Shown piece after piece: positions 56,006 to 64,000 of a DNA stretch of 64,000 nucleotides (its first letter is position 1; the number at the start of each line of letters is the position of its first letter). Made by a program: the position numbers and the translations under genes. The DNA is taken from IMG/VR virus record IMGVR_UViG_3300021431_004525. One strand, given 5' to 3'. The notes under the pieces were generated by a model. It was not told the origin of the DNA, did not search any database, and saw nothing but the letters and a program-made list of their open reading frames with translations. This DNA comes from a virus. Taxonomy: Duplodnaviria; Caudoviricetes.

Positions 56006-58063
56006 ATGCCAACAAAACCAACGATATTTCAAAAATTGACAAATATATTGTCAAATAGCAATGACATACAGACGGCCGTCAAAAAGGTAAATTCATATGG
56101 CCTTGATGACTCTGATATCCTTTTTAGAACTAAGAACAAGGATGAGTATGACAGTAAACTTAAGCAGCTAAGACAAGGCCATCTTCTTGCAAAGCAGTGG
56201 AAAAAAGCAACTTATGAATTAACGAATAAATCACTTGCCGGTCTAAACGAGGTAAAAATGATGTATCGGGATGCTGACTTGATGGATTTATTTCCGGAAA
56301 TCGGTACAGCACTTGATATAGTTTCAGAGGAAGCATGCTTTATCAAGAAAGATGCCTTTATGGTTAATGTCACGTCTAAATCAGAACGTGTAAAGTCGAT
56401 TATACAAGACTTACTTGTGAATAGGCTTCAGATTAATGTAATGCTTCCTATGATTTGCCGAAGCATGTGTAAGTATGGCAACACGTTTATGCTGCTTGAC
56501 ATTAACGATGAAAACGGTGTCGTTAACTGGAAACAGTTACCGGTTTATGAAATCGAGAGATATGAAAACGGTATGGAAAATCCATATGCCGGTGCTTATG
56601 TTAATCTCAATAATATTAACTTGAACCAAACAGATTCAACAAAATTCGTGTGGGTTGGCCAATCTGAATTTATACCATATAGGAATTGGCAGATAGCGCA
56701 TTTCAGATTACTTTACGATTCATTACTATTGCCGTATGGTGTATCATATCTTAATAAGGCAAGGCGACACTGGCGCATGCTTTCAATGATGGAGGATATG
56801 ATGCTGATTTATCGTCTTGAACGTTCAATTGAAAGGCGTGTGTTTAAGGTAAACGTTGGTAATATAGATGAGGATGATGTTCCTGCATATGTAGAGGACA
56901 TTGCAAATAATTTCAAGAGGACACCAATCATTGACCCAATGACCGGTCAATTGGACTTGAAGAAAAACATCTTGAATGTATCAGAAGATTTCTTCGTTCC
57001 GGTGCGTGATGAAAATGCAAACAGCCCTATCGAGACTTTACAAGGTGCTCAGAATATGACAGCGATGGACGATATTAAGTTCGTTCAAAATAAAGTCGTA
57101 ACGGCATTGAGAGTGCCTAAATCATTCTTGAATTTTGAAGAGGCTACTGGTGATGGTAAAAACTTGTCATTACTTGATGTAAGGTTTACAAGAACGGTGA
57201 ACCGTATTCAGCAGGCATTACTTATGGAGTTGAATAAGATTTGCATAATTCACCTTTATTTGTTAGGTTTCGAGGACGAACTTACTAATTTCAGCCTTAC
57301 GATGAATAACCCATCTTCTCAGGCCGAAATGCTTGAATTGGAGAACATGGCAAAGAAGGTGACAACGGCAAAGGATGCAATATCAGATGCCGGTAATGGA
57401 ATACAACTCATGTCATGGACAAGGGCTTGTAAGGAAATAATGGGATGGTCAGATAAGGAAATCGAAGAGAACTTACAAGAAATAAGACTTGAAAAGGCTC
57501 TTGCAGCAGAACTTGAAAAGACGGCACAGATTATCAAACGTACAAGAATATTTGATAAGGTCGATAATATCTATGGTGAGCCGGGTGCTGAATATTCAGC
57601 CGGTGCTCCGGGAGAAGACGGAGAAGAAGGCGGAATGTCAGGTGGCGGCGGTGCCGGAGGATTCGGCGGTGGCGCAGTAGGAAGCGAGGACTTCGATTTC
57701 GGTGATGAAGAGGGCGAAGAAACCGGTTCAGAAGGTGAAATGGATATGAACACTGCCGCAGATGAAGAAGGTACTGATATGGGCGGTGGTGAAGAAACAG
57801 AAGAAACCGAACCTACAACTTCAACAATGGGTGAAACGTATATGAGGAATATGTTGAAGAATATCATTGATGAACAAAGGGAAATGCAGAAAGATATAGT
57901 TAGGAAAAGTAAGAAATATACAGGCAAACTTGCTGAAAGGAAAAATAAATACTATAAGGAAAAGAACCGTATAAACGAAAATGTGCCAATATATCAGAAA
58001 AATTTCCTGATTAATGAAGATTTAAATTCAATGATTAAACAATTGGGTAACTTAAACGATTAA
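56006..58063 (+). CDS. portal protein (T4 gp20-like)
   Basis: SYLNKARR...MMEDMMLIYRLERSIERRVFKVNVGN, EDFFVP, IETLQG, ALRVPK; acidic Gly-rich tail. Confidence 0.92.
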   Translation: MPTKPTIFQKLTNILSNSNDIQTAVKKVNSYGLDDSDILFRTKNKDEYDSKLKQLRQGHLLAKQWKKATYELTNKSLAGLNEVKMMYRDADLMDLFPEIGTALDIVSEEACFIKKDAFMVNVTSKSERVKSIIQDLLVNRLQINVMLPMICRSMCKYGNTFMLLDINDENGVVNWKQLPVYEIERYENGMENPYAGAYVNLNNINLNQTDSTKFVWVGQSEFIPYRNWQIAHFRLLYDSLLLPYGVSYLNKARRHWRMLSMMEDMMLIYRLERSIERRVFKVNVGNIDEDDVPAYVEDIANNFKRTPIIDPMTGQLDLKKNILNVSEDFFVPVRDENANSPIETLQGAQNMTAMDDIKFVQNKVVTALRVPKSFLNFEEATGDGKNLSLLDVRFTRTVNRIQQALLMELNKICIIHLYLLGFEDELTNFSLTMNNPSSQAEMLELENMAKKVTTAKDAISDAGNGIQLMSWTRACKEIMGWSDKEIEENLQEIRLEKALAAELEKTAQIIKRTRIFDKVDNIYGEPGAEYSAGAPGEDGEEGGMSGGGGAGGFGGGAVGSEDFDFGDEEGEETGSEGEMDMNTAADEEGTDMGGGEETEETEPTTSTMGETYMRNMLKNIIDEQREMQKDIVRKSKKYTGKLAERKNKYYKEKNRINENVPIYQKNFLINEDLNSMIKQLGNLND

Positions 58064-58094
58064 AACACCTATTTATTATATAAAAGAACGTAAA

Positions 58095-59282
58095 ATGGCT
58101 GAATTTAATGATACATACCGCAAGGCCGGAATATTGATGCAAAGTGCCTTGAAAAAATATGAAGCAGGTGATATTGAGGGCGGAAACAGAGACCGTCAAA
58201 TGGCTAATGAAATGTATGATAAAGCCGAAAATCAAGTAGATGCTACGGCAATGTTATATGGCGAAAGCCGTAATTTCGGTACTATATATAAGGTTTTTGA
58301 AAGTAATACCTCAAAATTATTCACTGATAAGAAAGGTAACGGCAAGTTGAAGAAAATACTCAAATTCATCAAGGAAAACAAAACCTTGAAATCGGAATTT
58401 GACGCATATAATGCATTGATTTATCCGGAATCTGTAACAAATGCAGAGGAATACGTAAATGAAGCAATCTCATTGATTCCTAATTTGGATAAGAAGACCG
58501 TCGTAGAGAACAATCAGAAATTCATAGACTTAATCCATGAACTGAAACTTAATGAAATGGTCGAAATACCAGACGATGACTTGAAACTTTATGAAGCAGT
58601 TGAATACATCGTTTTAAATCCAAAGACATTAGATAACGTGAATGAGTTTGTCAATGCCAAGAAATGCATAACAGAACACATTGAAAAGAACTGCAATTAT
58701 AGCAATGTCACCAATGAAACCGTTGACTCAGTTTATGATAAAGGCGTTAAAGAGGTAGATGAAAACTATCAGAAGAACCTTAACGAAGATGAGAAAATGC
58801 TTGTTGAGAAATTAGCAAGTATTAATACAAAGGAGGCATATTTCGACGCTGCCAAACTTGATACGTTGAAAATGCTTGACACACAGCTTAATGAATGTAA
58901 CGAGGAAAATCGTGAGGGTCTTCAGCAGATTATTGAAAACATCAGTAAGAAGGCATACGACGAAAATAAGTTTATTGCCGATGCCGCAGAATTTAGGGAG
59001 ATAAAGAATACTTTACAAGAGCAAACAATGCCTAAGGCACTTGTACAGACACTTGCTACGGAACTTGCAAAGAAATATCGCGGAGAACCATCGAGGAATG
59101 AAGATTGGATAATCGGTGAATTATCATATAATACTCCGGATGACGTGGATACTGAAAAAATCATAAAGGATGTCAAAGAATTGTCACAGAGATATAATCC
59201 TGAAGATGTCGGCTATATGGTGATTAGTAATATGATGGCCGGAAACTATAGAGGATTTTGGGCTGAAAGCAAAGAACGTTGA
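58095..59282 (+). CDS. head-module hypothetical protein
   Basis: 395 aa between portal and protease; late motif; C-terminal extra module after LQE. Confidence 0.75.
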   Translation: MAEFNDTYRKAGILMQSALKKYEAGDIEGGNRDRQMANEMYDKAENQVDATAMLYGESRNFGTIYKVFESNTSKLFTDKKGNGKLKKILKFIKENKTLKSEFDAYNALIYPESVTNAEEYVNEAISLIPNLDKKTVVENNQKFIDLIHELKLNEMVEIPDDDLKLYEAVEYIVLNPKTLDNVNEFVNAKKCITEHIEKNCNYSNVTNETVDSVYDKGVKEVDENYQKNLNEDEKMLVEKLASINTKEAYFDAAKLDTLKMLDTQLNECNEENREGLQQIIENISKKAYDENKFIADAAEFREIKNTLQEQTMPKALVQTLATELAKKYRGEPSRNEDWIIGELSYNTPDDVDTEKIIKDVKELSQRYNPEDVGYMVISNMMAGNYRGFWAESKER

Positions 59283-59361
59283 TGATGCACGTAAATATTT
59301 TGAAGAACATCCGAATATAGATTGGGAATTACAAAAATAAACTAACATATAATATATTAAA

Positions 59362-59718
59362 ATGAAATACACTATAAAAGAATCAGAATTAAAAAGTCTG
59401 GTAAGAAAACATATCGTTGAGGCTCTTAAACAACGTGAAAAACGTTCAAATGAAGATAGGCTGAAACAGTTTATAAAAGAATCAGACCTTAGCAGAATTG
59501 TGAAAGAGTCTGTGAATAGAGTGATTAAAGAAGAACATTACAACGATGATGCAGCTCTACCTTACATAACTAAAGCATTTGATGAATTAATCAATAAAAT
59601 AGGCAATGCTGCTGTTGCTATTAATGGTGAAAGTTGGGATGCTGCAATATCTAATGACCCATTTTCAAAAGCTTTAAAACTTATTTATCAAGCAAAACGT
59701 GTATTGCTTAATGCTTAA
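59362..59718 (+). CDS. double-leader-tagged small protein
   Basis: IKESELKSLVRKHIVE and IKESDLSRIVKESVNRVIKE. Confidence 0.8.
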   Translation: MKYTIKESELKSLVRKHIVEALKQREKRSNEDRLKQFIKESDLSRIVKESVNRVIKEEHYNDDAALPYITKAFDELINKIGNAAVAINGESWDAAISNDPFSKALKLIYQAKRVLLNA

Positions 59719-59815
59719 AAGTAACCACCAGTCCAACTCTAATTTCAGACCATTTACGAACTAAGCCAATGGACTTATCTAACATATGGGCGAATCTCTA
59801 TGGTTCGCTCATTTT
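59719..59815 (+). repeat. conserved ~97-bp 3' element with terminator, copy B
   Basis: Homologous to 23988-24085. Confidence 0.9.
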
Positions 59816-59880
59816 TTATATGTTAAAATTTGTTAAATTAAAGAAAAAGTAGTATATTTGCAGTATATTTGAAAATTTTA

Positions 59881-60321
59881 ATGAATACCGATAACAAGAG
59901 AACTACGAAGGAATATCCTTTACCGAAAAAAGATGGTATAAACATAAGGACAAAATACGGCACATTGGATAAGAATAATCCTAATATAATTTATATAAGG
60001 TCAAAGGCCGTAATAACGCCTATTACTGACAAGAAGGATTTCTCAGAAGAAATCATCAAGATAAAGAGGTTGTTTGAACAGAAGGTAAAGGAAACAGTAA
60101 GAAATTCATGTAGTTTTGAAGACAAGTATATCTGTACAATTGAAATGAGTGAGAACGGTATTTCGTTTGGTAAGAAAAGTCACGTAAAATACGACATATA
60201 TGTTAAGCCGAAAGAAATGAAACCGTTGATTGAATATCATAATGATATGTTAAGGCTGTCTTACCTTTTTAATGAGGAATTATCACAATCACTTATAGAT
60301 AACAATATTAAAATCGAATAG
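59881..60321 (+). CDS. hypothetical protein
   Basis: YGTLDKNNP..IYI; host-type promoter at 59853. Confidence 0.75.
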   Translation: MNTDNKRTTKEYPLPKKDGINIRTKYGTLDKNNPNIIYIRSKAVITPITDKKDFSEEIIKIKRLFEQKVKETVRNSCSFEDKYICTIEMSENGISFGKKSHVKYDIYVKPKEMKPLIEYHNDMLRLSYLFNEELSQSLIDNNIKIE

Positions 60322-60373
60322 GTAATATTTAATCTGAATGGTATATTTATAATATATTGAATAGACTATTCAG

Positions 60374-61093
60374 ATGAGTAAATTATATAATAAGGAACAA
60401 CTTGTTGAAATTAAGAAAGGCCAGACAGGCTATGGTCTTCTTATTGAACATGATGGGCATATTATCGGAAAATCTGATGTTATCAATCAGATAAAGGAAG
60501 ATATTGATGCACATCATCAATTCGTCATACCAGATGATTTTGTTGTTTCTGCCGTTTTTCAGAAATACGGTATCAAAAACGCAAACGGAAGAATATATCC
60601 GGAAGAAATCCTTAAAAGGGAAGTACAGAAATATTTGGAAACAAGAGTGGCAATGCATAATGCAGTCGGTGCGTTAGACCATCCGGCTTCATCTTCATTG
60701 TCAGGACATGATGTGTCACATAACATACTTGATTTAAGATGGGAAGGACACACTCTTGTAGGTGAAATGAAACTACATCTTTCACCCGGTTATAAACGTT
60801 ACGGAATTTGTTCTACAAGTGGCGACTTGGCCGCTAACATGATTCTTGACGGTATTCTTATTGGCGTATCATCAAGAGGCGTAGGCAGTGTTGAACAGAA
60901 ATTCGGTACATCAGTGGTTGGTGATGACTTTGAATTGGTCGGTTGGGATATAGTTTTAGAGCCGTCAACACCGTCTGCTTGGATTAAACAAAACTCAGAA
61001 GAACTTGAACCGTTTATTGAAACTGACTTAACAAAAAAAGGTAATGTCTTATCAGAGAAAATTGAAAAAATCGGTAAGATTTTGAATATTTAA
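60374..61093 (+). CDS. prohead protease (T4 gp21-like)
   Basis: NANGRIYP, GALDHP, VSH, GVSSRGVGS, DIVLEPSTPSA. Confidence 0.93.
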   Translation: MSKLYNKEQLVEIKKGQTGYGLLIEHDGHIIGKSDVINQIKEDIDAHHQFVIPDDFVVSAVFQKYGIKNANGRIYPEEILKREVQKYLETRVAMHNAVGALDHPASSSLSGHDVSHNILDLRWEGHTLVGEMKLHLSPGYKRYGICSTSGDLAANMILDGILIGVSSRGVGSVEQKFGTSVVGDDFELVGWDIVLEPSTPSAWIKQNSEELEPFIETDLTKKGNVLSEKIEKIGKILNI

Positions 61094-61205
61094 ATGTGAC
61101 ATTTTAAGAAAAACATTTATAAAGGCTATGCAAAATAGCCTATTTTATGCATTTTTAATCAAAACAATATATTTATATTTAAATAATTGAATAATTTTAT
61201 TCATA

Positions 61206-62690
61206 ATGGCAAATAATATCAGAAGCGAATATATCAAGAATCTCGTAGAGGACAGAGATAAATTGACGCAGAAACTTGAAGAGACAACCAAAAACACATT
61301 GCAGAATGTCGTTGAGGAAACAATCAACAAGCAGTTGCGCCAAATGATTTCTGAAGCCAACGATGATTTTGAAGTGGAAGAGGTTAAACCTGACACTGAT
61401 GATACGGCTACAAGTGATGTCGAAAATCCTGCTGACGGTGAGGGTGCTGCAATCGATGCTAACCCTGAAGGTGGCGAAGATGCCGGCGCAGTTGCCGACG
61501 ATAACACAGGCGCAGAAGGTGGCGATGCTGCTGCTGACGCAGCAACAGATGATGCCGCAGGCGACGAAGTATGGGACGGTCTTGAACAGTACAAAGGTGA
61601 AGACGGTGAATATGACCTGACAAGTATGGGTAAGGACGATGTTATCAAGGTTCTTAAAGTCATGGGTCCTGAGGACGGAGTTAGAGTTCTTAAAAACGAT
61701 AACGGAACCGTTACATTACAGGATGACGAAACTGACAAAGAATACATCATTGACTTAGACGGTTCTACCGGAAGTAGTAGTGATGCAGATGCAGAAGGTG
61801 ATGCTGATATCGAAATCGAATTGGATGACGATGGTGCAACAGACGAATGCAATGCAAAACCCGGTAAAGTGATTAAGGAAGGTGAAGTGAATCTTGGTTA
61901 CACGGATAGTTACCAAGGGGAAACTGCTATGACAGTTGACAGTAACAAAGAAACCGCAAACAGTAAAGACACTTATTCTATGGATGCCGGTGTTCCAACC
62001 GGTACTGAGAAACCTTGGGTTGGACATAAAGGAAATATGTCACCTTATGGCAGTAAAGAAAAGAAAGTAAATGAAGGTGAAGCATGTGAGAAATGTGGAA
62101 AGAACCCTTGCGAATGTGGAAAGAAACTCGATGAAACAATGACTTCAACTGAGAACAGTGCAAACGTAAGAGGTGACGGTATGACACACGCAAACACCAA
62201 CAGTCACCAGAAGTTCGCAAGAAACGGACATGTAGGCGGACAACAGACAAGAGGTACTGGCGAAGGCTATGAACCAGCAAATGAAAGCATCGACGCTATC
62301 AAGAGAAAAGCTAATGCAATCTTCTTGGAGAACAAGGAATTGAGAAACATTGCAGAGTCAATTAAGAATAAACTTGAAGAAGCAATCGTAGTGAACAGCA
62401 GCCTCGGAAACATTATCAAGTTGGTTACTGAAAACAGTACTACACTCGAAGAGAAGAAGAATATTATCAAACGTTTTGACAGTGTTAAGACTATCAACGA
62501 AGGTAAGGCCCTCTATAACACGATTTCAGAGGAATTGAAGAAGTCAACAAAGGTTAATAATACAAGTGAAACAAAACTTGATAACCAATTGGCAGAATCA
62601 AAGAAAACACAGTTGGTTGAAACAACAATGTATCAGTCAGCAGACCTTTCAGCGACACTCAGCCTTATGGAAAGACTTAACAAACTCTAA
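61206..62690 (+). CDS. prohead core scaffolding protein
   Basis: Acidic and coiled-coil; lies between protease and capsid genes. Confidence 0.75.
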   Translation: MANNIRSEYIKNLVEDRDKLTQKLEETTKNTLQNVVEETINKQLRQMISEANDDFEVEEVKPDTDDTATSDVENPADGEGAAIDANPEGGEDAGAVADDNTGAEGGDAAADAATDDAAGDEVWDGLEQYKGEDGEYDLTSMGKDDVIKVLKVMGPEDGVRVLKNDNGTVTLQDDETDKEYIIDLDGSTGSSSDADAEGDADIEIELDDDGATDECNAKPGKVIKEGEVNLGYTDSYQGETAMTVDSNKETANSKDTYSMDAGVPTGTEKPWVGHKGNMSPYGSKEKKVNEGEACEKCGKNPCECGKKLDETMTSTENSANVRGDGMTHANTNSHQKFARNGHVGGQQTRGTGEGYEPANESIDAIKRKANAIFLENKELRNIAESIKNKLEEAIVVNSSLGNIIKLVTENSTTLEEKKNIIKRFDSVKTINEGKALYNTISEELKKSTKVNNTSETKLDNQLAESKKTQLVETTMYQSADLSATLSLMERLNKL

Positions 62691-62755
62691 TTCAGACGTT
62701 TTTGCGTAAAAACTGATATTTATAATTAAATAAAAAGAAAAAAGTATAAAAACAT

Positions 62756-64000
62756 ATGCGTGAATTATTAACAAGCGGCGCAGTCGGTTCTATCGAACTT
62801 AACGCCCAGAAGAAAATCAGAGCAGACATTCAAGAAAGATGGGAGAAACTTGGCCTTGTAAAAGGTCTTGAAGGCCACATCAAGGAGACTGTTTCTACTC
62901 TTTATGAGAACCAGGCAAAGCACCTCATCTATGAGGCTACTGCATCAGATAACTCAGGCTCATTCGAGACTGTTGTATTCCCATTGATTAGACGTGTATT
63001 CAGTAAATTGCTTGCCAACGATATCGTTTCAGTTCAGGCCATGAACCTTCCTATCGGTAAGTTGTTCTTCATCAAGCCTGTAACATCAGAACGTGAATGG
63101 GACTTCGCATCTGACACTCAGATTACCGATGGTGACACTGGCCGCCATGTTGGTCTTATGGGTTACAAGAGAACACAGAAGAACCGCCTCTATGACGAGA
63201 ACGGAAATCCTGTTGCTTTCGATGCTGATGACCAGAGAACTTGGAACACAAGAAACCGTTACTATCTTCCTGATGAGGTCGTACAGCCAACTCAGACAGA
63301 TGCTGATACCACAGAGCCTGAAGTAACGAAGTATATGAAGAAGACTCTTTATGACCTCTTCTACAATGACTTCCTCTTCGACAACTCTAAGGGTAAGGTG
63401 ACTATTAAGGTCGGTAAGGCTTCTGTTGTGAAAATCCTTCCTAACGGAGACTATGAGGACGTTGACCCTGCTGACATTCCAGTTAGCCCACTCGACGGCT
63501 CAATCAGTTCACTTATGCTTAAAGTAGGTGGTTTCAGTCAGTTCAATGCAGGCCACTTGATTGGTCCTGATGGTAACGAAATGGATACCGAATCATTCCT
63601 CGCTTCTTTGAAGGTTATTGCTAACAAAGACTTCACTGACGATAGCGAAGATGGCAAGTATACTACTTTCAAACAGGGTGAGTCAATCCAGTTCCGTGTT
63701 GTTACTCAGAAATATGCAACCGGTCTTGTAGATTACGCTCCTACTTGTGACCCACAAGGACACATCTATATCGAGCTTGACCTTACAAAGCCTTGCAAGA
63801 ACCAGGGTACTACAATCAACGGTTACATCGGTTTGAATCCTAACACTGAAATTGACCCCGCTGCTGACTTCCAAGTTGCTTGGGCAGAGTACGATTCACT
63901 CGAACTCGAAACTGAAATGGGTGAGGTTTCATTCCAGCTTACTTCAGTAACTGTTTCTGTTGAAGAGCGTAAACTTCGTGCTACTTGGTCACCTGAACTT
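62756..64000 (+). CDS. major capsid protein (T4 gp23-like), truncated by window end
   Basis: MRELLTSG...RWEKLGL...LYENQA...FPLIRRVFSKLLANDIVSVQAMNLPIGKLFF...RKLRATWSPEL; not in ORF track because it has no stop in the window. Confidence 0.93.
   Translation, partial: MRELLTSGAVGSIELNAQKKIRADIQERWEKLGLVKGLEGHIKETVSTLYENQAKHLIYEATASDNSGSFETVVFPLIRRVFSKLLANDIVSVQAMNLPIGKLFFIKPVTSEREWDFASDTQITDGDTGRHVGLMGYKRTQKNRLYDENGNPVAFDADDQRTWNTRNRYYLPDEVVQPTQTDADTTEPEVTKYMKKTLYDLFYNDFLFDNSKGKVTIKVGKASVVKILPNGDYEDVDPADIPVSPLDGSISSLMLKVGGFSQFNAGHLIGPDGNEMDTESFLASLKVIANKDFTDDSEDGKYTTFKQGESIQFRVVTQKYATGLVDYAPTCDPQGHIYIELDLTKPCKNQGTTINGYIGLNPNTEIDPAADFQVAWAEYDSLELETEMGEVSFQLTSVTVSVEERKLRATWSPEL

Larger units (their letters stand above)
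13824..62723. promoter_or_regulatory. putative late promoter motif TATTTAT ~20-45 nt upstream of virion/cargo genes
   Basis: On + at 13824, 14228, 22601, 31026, 38657, 39122, 41597, 47572, 49752, 52020, 54050, 55979, 58070, 60344, 61170, 62717; on - at 18148, 21909, 30993. Confidence 0.7.

Noticed and set aside
1-64000. Alternative genetic code (TAG=Gln) as in Lak megaphages
   Set aside because: Long genes are uninterrupted in the standard code, and TAG ends genes cleanly (13210 followed by ATG at 13212; 44442 followed by a terminator).

Overview
64 kb of an AT-rich, T4-like (myovirus-type head module) jumbo phage that almost certainly infects a Bacteroidota host, since the TAnnTTTG -7 promoter box recurs more than 20 times. 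It uses the standard genetic code. Three zones are visible. (1) 1-~9.5 kb is an early/leading region: about 16 host-type promoters, short monocistronic ORFs, tRNA-Arg(CCT), several candidate structured RNAs, two parS-like palindromes and DUF932. Eight of its 15 ORFs end in Ala-Ala. (2) ~9.6-49 kb mixes metabolic/accessory genes (GmrSD-like, NadD, Dam-type MTase, UvrD-like helicase, ThyX, ClpC, ClpX, PTH2, dNMP kinase, lytic transglycosylase, tail-fibre-like protein, an IS605-type tnpB element) with many late-promoter genes sharing a 'LTExDLxxIVKExVxxxLNE' leader. (3) ~49.8-64 kb is the head module: terminase, portal, prohead protease, scaffold and the 5' part of the major capsid protein. Best candidates for undescribed systems: (a) a modular capsid-cargo system, with a shared leader plus L/I-x-E protease sites, polyproteins of ART-like, kinase, NTase and PRTase effectors, and a conserved 3' DNA element suggesting cassette exchange; (b) ssrA-like C-terminal AA degrons on early proteins, paired with a phage-encoded ClpX that carries the same tag; (c) a family of promoter-driven 33-nt hairpin RNAs with covariation, plus an atypical tRNA-like RNA; (d) a probable -1 frameshift in a head-core gene. 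All product calls are by eye from motifs; no database search was run.
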